From IMG/VR virus record IMGVR_UViG_3300048598_000287, positions 64,001 through 128,000 of that record: a DNA stretch of 64,000 nucleotides, one strand, 5' to 3'. Positions within the stretch are counted from its first letter, which is position 1. Each line of letters starts with the position of its first letter. Positions 1-8,127 of the stretch are shown piece after piece. A model generated the notes under the pieces. It was not told the origin of the DNA. It made no database searches and saw nothing but the letters and a program-made list of their open reading frames with translations. The translations under genes were made by a program, and so were the position numbers. This stretch comes from a virus. Taxonomy: Duplodnaviria; Caudoviricetes.

Positions 1-1
1 C

Positions 2-448
2 AGTTGATTCACACCCGTCGCACATTATCTCCGGAACATATGATTCATATACTCCGTCAGTAAGAATGAAATTTTCAGCCATTCCTGACATTATCAGGTC
101 TTTTCGATACAATTCCTTTTCCGTCACCCGTTTAACAAAGACGAGCTTGCCATCTACGGATATCATGGGAAGGAAGAGCCATAGATTTCTGATGAATGGT
201 GATCCCCCATCGTCGGAGAAGGTATCCATATAAATAATTTCAGTCTCTCCGGGAGAGAACATGTTTTCCGGTACATGCTTCTGTGTAAGGCACATGGCGA
301 ATCCGCATTCCCCGGGGGATATTATCCTGGGCGTCCATTTTCCCTTCTTTATGGGGACAGTTACGCCAAGCTCTGACATGGATTTTATGGGATCTTCTGA
401 AAGACCGCATGACCGGCAAAGAGACAGTATGCTTTCTATAAGGTTCAT
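2..448 (-). CDS. Hypothetical protein, 3'-partial (runs off window start)
   Basis: ATG at 448 overlaps the TGA of the upstream ORF (ATGA); frame open to window edge (MNLIESILSLCRSCG...). Confidence 0.6.
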   Translation of the reverse strand, partial: MNLIESILSLCRSCGLSEDPIKSMSELGVTVPIKKGKWTPRIISPGECGFAMCLTQKHVPENMFSPGETEIIYMDTFSDDGGSPFIRNLWLFLPMISVDGKLVFVKRVTEKELYRKDLIMSGMAENFILTDGVYESYVPEIMCDGCEST

Positions 449-912
449 TTTCCTGGTTCCTTCAGGGTAACCGTATAATCGGCTGACTCTGCGCATGTTT
501 TCATTGTTTCAAACGCGTCCTTCATATTCATGAGAAGTTCTACATCGGTGAACCTAATCATTTTGCATATCCGTGATGCCTCATCTTTAATGAACTCGAT
601 CCTCTGAATGACATCTTCCCTGAAAATTCCGAACTTGAATCTTGACAGATCAGAAAGCAGTTCATCTATGTCGTCATATATTATGCACCGTGATCCTATA
701 AGAAGGACGATGTCGATGCGTTCCTTGTCTTTCATAATGGGCATGTCTATGACGAATGTAGTGCCTTTTGGAAATTCGACGCCGGCTATATTAGCCATGG
801 ATAGCAATTCATATTTTTCCCCGAGAGGTAGAATGAGGTCGCATTTCTTTCTGTAAGAAGAATACATATCCAGATAATCCTTCCCGTTTTCTATGAAAGA
901 ATGAATGTCCAT
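445..912 (-). CDS. Hypothetical protein
   Basis: 155-aa ORF, GAGG RBS, tightly packed operon. Confidence 0.7.
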   Translation of the reverse strand: MDIHSFIENGKDYLDMYSSYRKKCDLILPLGEKYELLSMANIAGVEFPKGTTFVIDMPIMKDKERIDIVLLIGSRCIIYDDIDELLSDLSRFKFGIFREDVIQRIEFIKDEASRICKMIRFTDVELLMNMKDAFETMKTCAESADYTVTLKEPGK

Positions 913-920
913 ATTATTCC

Positions 921-1262
921 TCAGTATCCATGGCGAATGTGCGCTGCATTGTCATTGCATAGGCCTTCAGTTTCTGATGCACACATTCCGGCGCGATAAG
1001 ATTCCACTTCTTTGACTAGCCTGGCATTTTCACTTGACAGGGATTCTATCTTGTCCCGGCTTCGGCGGATAGTCTCTTGCTGCTGCATGACGGTCTCCTG
1101 TATATGCCGGATCGTTTTGTCCTTTTCATTCACTTCATTGTACAGGGAATTTATCTTTTGGGACATGCTTGCGATGTCTTCCGGTCGATTGCATTCTGGC
1201 TTCTGCCGTAGGGAATCCATAAAAGCATCCCATCCGCCACGATCATACATAGTGTGCATCAA
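921..1262 (-). CDS. Hypothetical coiled-coil protein
   Basis: AAGGAG RBS; heptad-like central region. Confidence 0.7.
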   Translation of the reverse strand: MMHTMYDRGGWDAFMDSLRQKPECNRPEDIASMSQKINSLYNEVNEKDKTIRHIQETVMQQQETIRRSRDKIESLSSENARLVKEVESYRAGMCASETEGLCNDNAAHIRHGY

Positions 1263-1287
1263 ATCTCCTTTGAATCAATTTAAATTA

Positions 1288-1683
1288 TCATTTTGGATTT
1301 TTTGAAAGCGCCGAGCTAAGAAAGGACAACGCATCGTCTATTCCAGTCCTGCATTCTTCACGATAGCCAATCGAATCAGGATCGCCTGCATCGAACGAGA
1401 AATCCACAGATTCACCGCCGATTGACATATCTTTAATTGACCGAAACATTCCAATTTCCGTATCAGGCGTAACGGTGAAGTCAACCATTGTTTCACGGTA
1501 AATAAAATGATATCGCATTCCATCATCAGCAGTGTTTTCTTTACTTTTGAACAAAAGACCTATGGACTGGGCATCCTGCCTCATGCGGACATCTTCCTGC
1601 ACTCCGGGCTCCATTCTATTTACTGTTCTATGCATTTCTTCCATATATTCATTTCTCACGTAGTTTATATAGACTATTTTCAC
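1288..1683 (-). CDS. Hypothetical protein (alternative start 1644)
   Basis: ORF overlapping the upstream stop; TATAAACTA motif at 1661-1669 suggests a possible later start. Confidence 0.6.
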   Translation of the reverse strand: MKIVYINYVRNEYMEEMHRTVNRMEPGVQEDVRMRQDAQSIGLLFKSKENTADDGMRYHFIYRETMVDFTVTPDTEIGMFRSIKDMSIGGESVDFSFDAGDPDSIGYREECRTGIDDALSFLSSALSKNPK

Positions 1684-3398
1684 GATAGCAATTCGTTCTT
1701 AACTATTTCTGAAACATCTATACATTTATAGAACTGAGCCGGTCCGGACTTTGGTATATGGAATATCCACAGTGGCCCTATTTTCAGGTTGCTATTGCAT
1801 TCCACTATTGCCTTATATGCGCTTAGCTGAACGCAATAATGATAAAAATTTAGGTCATCAAAATTCTCAAACGGGTGAAGCATCTTTTTAGTATATGGCT
1901 TTGGAACAGTATCTATGCATGCGTTTGAGTTATGCGTTGGTATGAACGCTCCTGTGCATAGATATGTATGCGTAGGGCTGTCAACTTCTATGCACTGCGT
2001 CGGATAGGTAAATGTCTGGTGCACCTCAGATATTATCCGTGCGTTATGCGGCGTATGCATTTTTGATAAGTCTATGCCGGAATTAGTCACCAAGAACGGC
2101 ATTGTCCCATCAGTAATGAAATCAATGACATATTCACTTGACATGTCGAATGCATCTGATTCGCGCGGATTGATGGATACATCTGACATTCCTAGACTGC
2201 ATAAAAGTGATCCGAATGATTCCATCATGGTGCGGTCAGAGAATGAAATAGAAAATCGCTGATTTCCAATGCATCTTCCACGGGAATCCATTAGTCCCCT
2301 GAGAAGATCAAGCCGCTGCTCATATGATGCCCGTTGATAACTCATTGGAATGCATCTGGTGGATGCTATGTCATTTGCAATTTCCGGAGAAGTGGCATAA
2401 ATGCAGCCTATTCCAGTGCATTCATCGGCATCATATCCATATCCTCTTGATGAAATCTCATCCATCATTGACGAATCATGCCCTTCCTCGGTATACGATT
2501 CACCAAGCCAGCATCCGAGGACATATGGATCTATTGGAAGATCCGCCGTATTCGTCTTAATAGGGAGAGCATCGGCGATTTCCAGTTTATCCCCGCAGGA
2601 AATATTATGCATAATTTCCGCAGTCGTCATTACAGTGATCTCAGGACTTCCGTGATGCCGTATTTCCCATCGGTGATCCATATCCGCTATTATATATCCA
2701 CCAGAAGAAAACACGATTTCACAGCACGGATTATAATGAACAGATGACTTTGCCTTTATCTTCGTCATGTCGCCGTTCTTGTCGAATACGGTGTCGCCTA
2801 CGCGCAGATCTTTCATGGATGTGAATCCGGACGGGGTCGGGATATCCGTGTCCAGGGGCAATCCCTTCCAGTCCATTATGACTAGTTCGCTCTTGAGCGT
2901 GTCGTAGCATAGAAAATCTATGGTCCCGCATAATGAATGCTTCACGTCATATACAGGAAGCTCATTTTTTATAGGCACATACCGTGGGCTAAGTTTTTCA
3001 TACAGATTCAGGCACTCGGGTATTCTGGCGTCAAAATCAGCCTGTATGTCGTCATATTTGAACTTATCATGAAATATATGATGATACGCCTTGCGTTGCC
3101 ATGCGTTTTCCATCACTAGATGTATCTGGGTGCCTAGAATTTTAGAATAATCGTTTTTATCTTTCCACATCGCAAGCGTATCATTCACGGAAATTCCGAG
3201 TTTTTTAGCGGTGAACGGAGCAATCTTGGCTGCGTCGAACTTATGAGTAAATTCCTCGATAAGACTGGTTACGGATTTGAACTTGGTGCCTAGAGAATTG
3301 GTGTATCGATGCACACCCGGTCCTTCCTCGAACCAGATGTCACGGAACGAATCCCACAGTATCTTTGATATTTCAGCGGATATAGGAAATTCTGCCAT
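1680..3398 (-). CDS. PD-(D/E)XK (Cas4/RecB-like) exonuclease containing an intein
   Basis: Motifs GTQIH, NELPV, GTIDFL, IMDWK, Y..QLSAY; about 260-aa extein after intein removal. Confidence 0.85.
   Translation of the reverse strand: MAEFPISAEISKILWDSFRDIWFEEGPGVHRYTNSLGTKFKSVTSLIEEFTHKFDAAKIAPFTAKKLGISVNDTLAMWKDKNDYSKILGTQIHLVMENAWQRKAYHHIFHDKFKYDDIQADFDARIPECLNLYEKLSPRYVPIKNELPVYDVKHSLCGTIDFLCYDTLKSELVIMDWKGLPLDTDIPTPSGFTSMKDLRVGDTVFDKNGDMTKIKAKSSVHYNPCCEIVFSSGGYIIADMDHRWEIRHHGSPEITVMTTAEIMHNISCGDKLEIADALPIKTNTADLPIDPYVLGCWLGESYTEEGHDSSMMDEISSRGYGYDADECTGIGCIYATSPEIANDIASTRCIPMSYQRASYEQRLDLLRGLMDSRGRCIGNQRFSISFSDRTMMESFGSLLCSLGMSDVSINPRESDAFDMSSEYVIDFITDGTMPFLVTNSGIDLSKMHTPHNARIISEVHQTFTYPTQCIEVDSPTHTYLCTGAFIPTHNSNACIDTVPKPYTKKMLHPFENFDDLNFYHYCVQLSAYKAIVECNSNLKIGPLWIFHIPKSGPAQFYKCIDVSEIVKNELLS
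1929..2864 (-). mobile_element. Class 3 (WCT) intein, 312 aa, with degenerate LAGLIDADG homing endonuclease
   Basis: Starts GLPLDTDIPTPSG, block B ADMDHRW, block F TQCIEV, ends IPTHN/S; LAGLIDADG-like YVLGCWLGES and LLRGLMDSRG. Confidence 0.85.
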
Positions 3399-3410
3399 TA
3401 TATCTCCGTA

Positions 3411-3656
3411 TCACATCAGTGGATTTGATTTGTTACTGGGATCGGAAACTTTTTCCGGATCTTCCCCGTCTTCATATACGGGAGATGGGGTTATCGATTT
3501 TTTCCCCATAAGGATCTCTCCGGACGAGCCCGGCATGTTACCATAGGCATTTGCCTTACCGTCGGATGATTTCACAATAAGTTCCGCAAAATTCACTACG
3601 GCATCCTGCTGATCCTTAGAAAGAGAATTAAATGCATTTTTCACGTTTGTTTCCAT
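3411..3656 (-). CDS. Hypothetical protein
   Basis: 81-aa ORF with GAGG RBS downstream of a sigma70-type promoter. Confidence 0.65.
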   Translation of the reverse strand: METNVKNAFNSLSKDQQDAVVNFAELIVKSSDGKANAYGNMPGSSGEILMGKKSITPSPVYEDGEDPEKVSDPSNKSNPLM

Positions 3657-3678
3657 ACATGACCTCTAGTTAACGTGA

Positions 3679-3707
3679 AATATATGAAATATATCCGCTT
3701 TTGGCAA
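3679..3707 (-). promoter_or_regulatory. Sigma70-type early promoter
   Basis: TTGCCA-N17-TATATT. Confidence 0.7.
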
Positions 3708-3724
3708 TACCAATCGGTCGGCAT

Positions 3725-3733
3725 TATAAACTA
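3725..3733 (+). promoter_or_regulatory. Putative phage late promoter TATAAACTA
   Basis: Recurrent motif 5' of many genes including the tail sheath; resembles the T4 late promoter TATAAATA. Confidence 0.65.
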
Positions 3734-3760
3734 TTACCGTTAATAACAGTTGAGCGTTGT

Positions 3761-5509
3761 ATGACAAAAAAAGAACAGTTTGAGCATGATGCGGAAAAAA
3801 TAATGTCCGTCGCACAGTTGGAAGCCGTGATGATGATTCATTCCGCAATTTTTGAGGGCCCGGAAGATGCATTGCTCCGGGCGGCTGGAACGGCTGTGAT
3901 GAAAGACACCGTAGAAAAGGTGGTGGACGGAGTAAAGGATGCGGTTAATGCTGCTGTTAGTGACGCCGTGTCTGATACGGTTGATTCTGCCGATGATAAA
4001 TCTGATTCCCCTGAATGTCAGGGAGACTGTGTTCAGAAACCATGTGACGGCGATGCGGCTGAGCTTACCGAAGCTATGAAAGGAATGTCTGACGAAGACA
4101 TCCGCGGGTTCCTTGAAAGTCTAGATCCGAATGACAGGGAAATCCTAATGGAGGGGGTTCTCGGAACGGTTCTTAAAGGAATGGGGAAAGCGGCGAAATT
4201 TGTCCGTCCGGCGATAAGCAAGGCCCTTCCTGAAATAGAGAAATTCGGCGGAAAGTTAAAAGGCGACCTGGCATCGGCGTTCAGTGCTCTGAAGAATAGT
4301 CCGGCGTTCTCAAAAGATGCCAGAAATGCAAACATCCTGGATAAATTTTCTAAAAACACTAACGAGTTGAATATTCTGCGCCAGCTTAATCCTACTGCTC
4401 GTACAGCAAAAAGAATGTCCGAATTATCCAAAGAAAATGAAGCGCTAAGCGCCAGCATTAACAACACACTGGCCAACGCTACAAGAAAGGGTAACACAAA
4501 GGCTATCGATGACCTAGTGGCGTCAAGCGCCAGAAAAAATGCAAGCTCGATATCACCGTTGCTAGCTAATAAAAATTTAGCGGCAAAGCAGGCGGCTAAG
4601 GATGCGCTGATGAAAGAAAAGACCGCCGCATTGAAAGACATCGATGGTCAGATAGCGGAAAAGAGCCAGCTGCTTGACATCAATAGCGGAACAGCCGAAG
4701 AAGATGAAATTAAAAAAGAGCTCATTGCACTAAAAACTCAGAGAGTGGGCATAGAAAGCGAATGGAATAAGAACAATGCCGATGCTGTTTCCAAGCTGGA
4801 TGAAGAAATAAAGGAGGCTGGACATTTTGCCGGTCATCAGCCGAATAACGTGGGAGTAGATGCGACGCGTGCTACGATGAACGGAAACGGCGGGCAGGCC
4901 TACCCAATGAACGGGCAGCAATCCGGAGACATGAACGCTCTGCTTAATGCTAGCAGGGGAACCATGATGAACATAGGCGGGAATACCTATATACGCACCA
5001 AGGACGGTATAAAAAATATCGGATTGATCAATAACATCATAAGCAAAGTCCCGTTTATCGGAAGCATTAATAAAGCCCGTATTGCAACCAAGACCGCATA
5101 TCCGATCTTGTCAAAGGCAGTCATACTCGGAGGAATAGGCGCCGGTGGATATTATGCACTTAAACCGAATGATGCTTCCGGAGAAGGATCAGGAATAATT
5201 GAGAACGTCGCTAAGGCGGCTGCCGTAATAGGCGCAGGATATGTTGGCTATAAAGGGGCCGAGGCGCTAGGCTGCGGTTCTGGAGGAAAGACCATAGGCG
5301 CCCTTGCCGGAAGTGCGGTGGTCGCATATCTGGTTTGGTTAAATGACGGAGATGAGAAGAAAGGTAACGATATGTATAATGCATTATCAAATCTTCCCCT
5401 TGATCAGCAAGCGGTTGCATCCAAGGCGCTTGGAATTCCCAATGTGCAGAATTCTATGCTTTCCGCATTCAACATGAATCCGTCAATGCTTTCTTCATTT
5501 GCACTATAA
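3761..5509 (+). CDS. Putative virion/internal protein with coiled coil and C-terminal glycine-rich transmembrane helices
   Basis: Late promoter; shared N-terminal motif; hydrophobic GxxxG-rich segments near the C-terminus. Confidence 0.6.
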   Translation: MTKKEQFEHDAEKIMSVAQLEAVMMIHSAIFEGPEDALLRAAGTAVMKDTVEKVVDGVKDAVNAAVSDAVSDTVDSADDKSDSPECQGDCVQKPCDGDAAELTEAMKGMSDEDIRGFLESLDPNDREILMEGVLGTVLKGMGKAAKFVRPAISKALPEIEKFGGKLKGDLASAFSALKNSPAFSKDARNANILDKFSKNTNELNILRQLNPTARTAKRMSELSKENEALSASINNTLANATRKGNTKAIDDLVASSARKNASSISPLLANKNLAAKQAAKDALMKEKTAALKDIDGQIAEKSQLLDINSGTAEEDEIKKELIALKTQRVGIESEWNKNNADAVSKLDEEIKEAGHFAGHQPNNVGVDATRATMNGNGGQAYPMNGQQSGDMNALLNASRGTMMNIGGNTYIRTKDGIKNIGLINNIISKVPFIGSINKARIATKTAYPILSKAVILGGIGAGGYYALKPNDASGEGSGIIENVAKAAAVIGAGYVGYKGAEALGCGSGGKTIGALAGSAVVAYLVWLNDGDEKKGNDMYNALSNLPLDQQAVASKALGIPNVQNSMLSAFNMNPSMLSSFAL

Positions 5510-5519
5510 GGAGATGAAC

Positions 5520-8084
5520 ATGAACACGTTAAAAAAATATGACGAATCGATTTCAAAATGCAAGAGCAAGAAACTTGCAGAAAGAAGGAAGATAAAGGCA
5601 TTTACCGAAGCAATAAAATCTATCGTCGAAGAGCCCCTTCTGGAAAATATAGTGAACGCACATTGCGCTCTATATGAATCAAGATTTGGCCGATTTGCAA
5701 AAGGCGTACATCATTATATCACCAATCAGGCGGAAAATCCTGAAAAGAGCAACGATTGGAGCATAAAGGATGTATATCAGGATAAGTATCACCAGAACAT
5801 TCCCGGACAGCCGCAGCGTCCGACGAGTGGATATCCAGGTACCGGATGGCGGATTCAGCAGGGAAGCAATGATACACATAATCCAAGAACATATGCGCCT
5901 ATTGTCAGAAACTATACATATCAGCGGCAATCGGTTCCGCAAGAAATGCCGGACGACAATCAAGTGATTGATAATCCTCCTCCCCAGGAGCCGGTTACCC
6001 CGCCCGTTCAGCCATCCCCCACTCCGGAAACACCAAAACCCGCCGCATGTGTTACACCCCCATGCCCGACATCCGAAGAAACTAAGGTAGTCAAGAAAAT
6101 AGAAACCCCGGCTCAAGGATCAAATGCCGTGAAGGTTCCGCCAAAGAAAAAAGCGATAAGCAATCCTGCAGTAACATATAAATGGCAAGATAAGGATTTT
6201 TCCGCAGTGACGACATCGTCATGCATGCCTAGCCATCCATATGTAATCCATGTCGCATCGTATGATACCGACGATAAGGATGGCGCAGAACGTCTTGCAT
6301 ATTGTCTTTCAAATGGTATAGATGTCAATTACAAGAAAGGCGGGAAACCAGTAAGCGGGGTATATCTATATCAGCTTAACGGGCAAGGGAAGGGAAGTAC
6401 CCGGTCAAAGGTCTGGCGTGTCAGGGTTGGCTTCTTTGCGTCTCCACAGGCGGCAAGCTATTATGCAACGAATTTCATCACCCCTCTAACAAAGGTCGGG
6501 CGGTTTAGTCAATCCCGGGCTGGCGGAAAGAATGAAGTCACTAAAGGATGGTGGATAGATAAATGTGAAAACGATAAATTCATAGAAGGCACATGGGAAC
6601 TGGGAACTGCGGTAAGCAGCGACTGCTTGGATACAAGCGTATCTCAGACATCGGCATCTAATGAAACTAATGCCGCAGAAGGCGGAGCAGTGAAATCACC
6701 GGCTCAGCCCATGGGAAATGCTGATGCTAAACAACAGTATGATATGTCTGGCTATGATGCCAGCGGATCGTCTTCAAAACTAAGTGACGATATAAATACT
6801 TGGAACGGTGTCATTGATTCGTTCAGCGGATTAGATGGCGATTTCGATGACTGGTATTATGCCAATGGCGCCTTTACTGAGGAAGGCAGGAATCTATTAA
6901 CTCTAGACCCAGATTCTTCTGACAATGGAGTTAAAAAATTTGCCCTCCGCATGTTCTATATATACAAAAATGTGATTGCCTTCGGCGCATATTGTGACAA
7001 ACTTCCAGGAAGCATAAAGGGCGTAGTTATGGATGATCACTGGTATTCATCCGATTCCATCGAAAGCTCAAAGAAAGACATGGTTGATGTGCTGGATGAC
7101 ATGATGGATGAGCTTAAGTCGATATACGGCAAAGACCATGATGTCGAGGAGAGGGACGACTTCTTTGATGAGGTAAACGATTTCAATGACGAGATAAAGA
7201 GCATATATGATGCCCTGGATAACGTCGCCGGTATGACTAACGGTGATTCCGCCGCGACCAAATTCGCACAGGACAATAACGGATACAAGGCCGCCAGCAA
7301 AGGTAAGCCGAGTGCTAAGAATCTCAGCGGATATCTGAAATGGATGGCTATAAACCAGTACCGCATTCAGGTAATAAAGACCAGTTCAGAGCCTGGTGCG
7401 CAAGAGTTCAGTTATTTCAATCCGCAGGATGATTTCAAAGAAGATAAGGATATCCGTCTCAGCGACACCGAAGAAGACTACATAGATACAAAACGGGCAG
7501 CAGCGCTGGTTCCTCAGAATAAAATAGATGAGGTATTAACGAAATTCAGGTCCGGAGAAATGAATCAGGATCAGGCGAACGACGAGCTCAACAGCATGTA
7601 TTCTGTTTCTCTTGACAATATGAAAAAGTCAATGAATGTTCTGTTCAGATTCTCCGGAATAACGGATGATAATCCTAATGCGAACAAGATAAAGCAATAT
7701 TTCATAGATACCCATAATAAGCTTGATGAACCTAATGCCAAGAAAAACTGGGATAAGCTTGTGTCTAACTATAAGGAAAAGCTTACCGAACGCATAGCTG
7801 ACTTCGATAAAGTAAATAAAGACGGAATGACTCCGCAATTGCAAAACATACGGAAGAAATATTCCGACCTTCAGGTTAATGCCGATATGCTAATGAAGGA
7901 TATAAATGCAAATGACGGGGATAGGCTAATAAAAGACTGTCAGGAAATATCTGTTATATTAGAAACCGCAGGAAAAGACGAGGAAACGGAAAAGGCATCA
8001 CCGGCTCCAGTTGTTCCGGCAACTAATAAAGAGAAGATTCAGAAGCCGGTTAAGCCAATTGTTCCAAATCCAAAAAAGAAATGA
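5520..8084 (+). CDS. Large putative virion protein with SPOR-like (peptidoglycan-binding) domain
   Basis: AAGGAG RBS; YVIHVASY...AERL...WRVRVGFFASPQAA matches the SPOR pattern; preceded by a Pro-rich linker. Confidence 0.6.
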   Translation: MNTLKKYDESISKCKSKKLAERRKIKAFTEAIKSIVEEPLLENIVNAHCALYESRFGRFAKGVHHYITNQAENPEKSNDWSIKDVYQDKYHQNIPGQPQRPTSGYPGTGWRIQQGSNDTHNPRTYAPIVRNYTYQRQSVPQEMPDDNQVIDNPPPQEPVTPPVQPSPTPETPKPAACVTPPCPTSEETKVVKKIETPAQGSNAVKVPPKKKAISNPAVTYKWQDKDFSAVTTSSCMPSHPYVIHVASYDTDDKDGAERLAYCLSNGIDVNYKKGGKPVSGVYLYQLNGQGKGSTRSKVWRVRVGFFASPQAASYYATNFITPLTKVGRFSQSRAGGKNEVTKGWWIDKCENDKFIEGTWELGTAVSSDCLDTSVSQTSASNETNAAEGGAVKSPAQPMGNADAKQQYDMSGYDASGSSSKLSDDINTWNGVIDSFSGLDGDFDDWYYANGAFTEEGRNLLTLDPDSSDNGVKKFALRMFYIYKNVIAFGAYCDKLPGSIKGVVMDDHWYSSDSIESSKKDMVDVLDDMMDELKSIYGKDHDVEERDDFFDEVNDFNDEIKSIYDALDNVAGMTNGDSAATKFAQDNNGYKAASKGKPSAKNLSGYLKWMAINQYRIQVIKTSSEPGAQEFSYFNPQDDFKEDKDIRLSDTEEDYIDTKRAAALVPQNKIDEVLTKFRSGEMNQDQANDELNSMYSVSLDNMKKSMNVLFRFSGITDDNPNANKIKQYFIDTHNKLDEPNAKKNWDKLVSNYKEKLTERIADFDKVNKDGMTPQLQNIRKKYSDLQVNADMLMKDINANDGDRLIKDCQEISVILETAGKDEETEKASPAPVVPATNKEKIQKPVKPIVPNPKKK

Positions 8085-8092
8085 TGCTGATG

Positions 8093-8127
8093 AAAAAAGA
8101 GACCCGGATATCCGGGTCTCTTTTTTT
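8093..8127. terminator. Bidirectional intrinsic terminator
   Basis: Perfect palindrome AAAAAAGAGACCCGGATATCCGGGTCTCTTTTTT between convergent genes. Confidence 0.85.

Noticed and set aside
1680-3398. Cas4 as part of a CRISPR-Cas locus
   Set aside because: No Fe-S cysteine cluster pattern, no neighbouring cas genes, and 15 kb from the array; treated as a stand-alone phage exonuclease.
4033-4641. Long antisense ORFs (e.g. 4033-4641, 14194-14814, 20414-21040)
   Set aside because: Shadow frames of well-supported genes, with no RBS or motifs.
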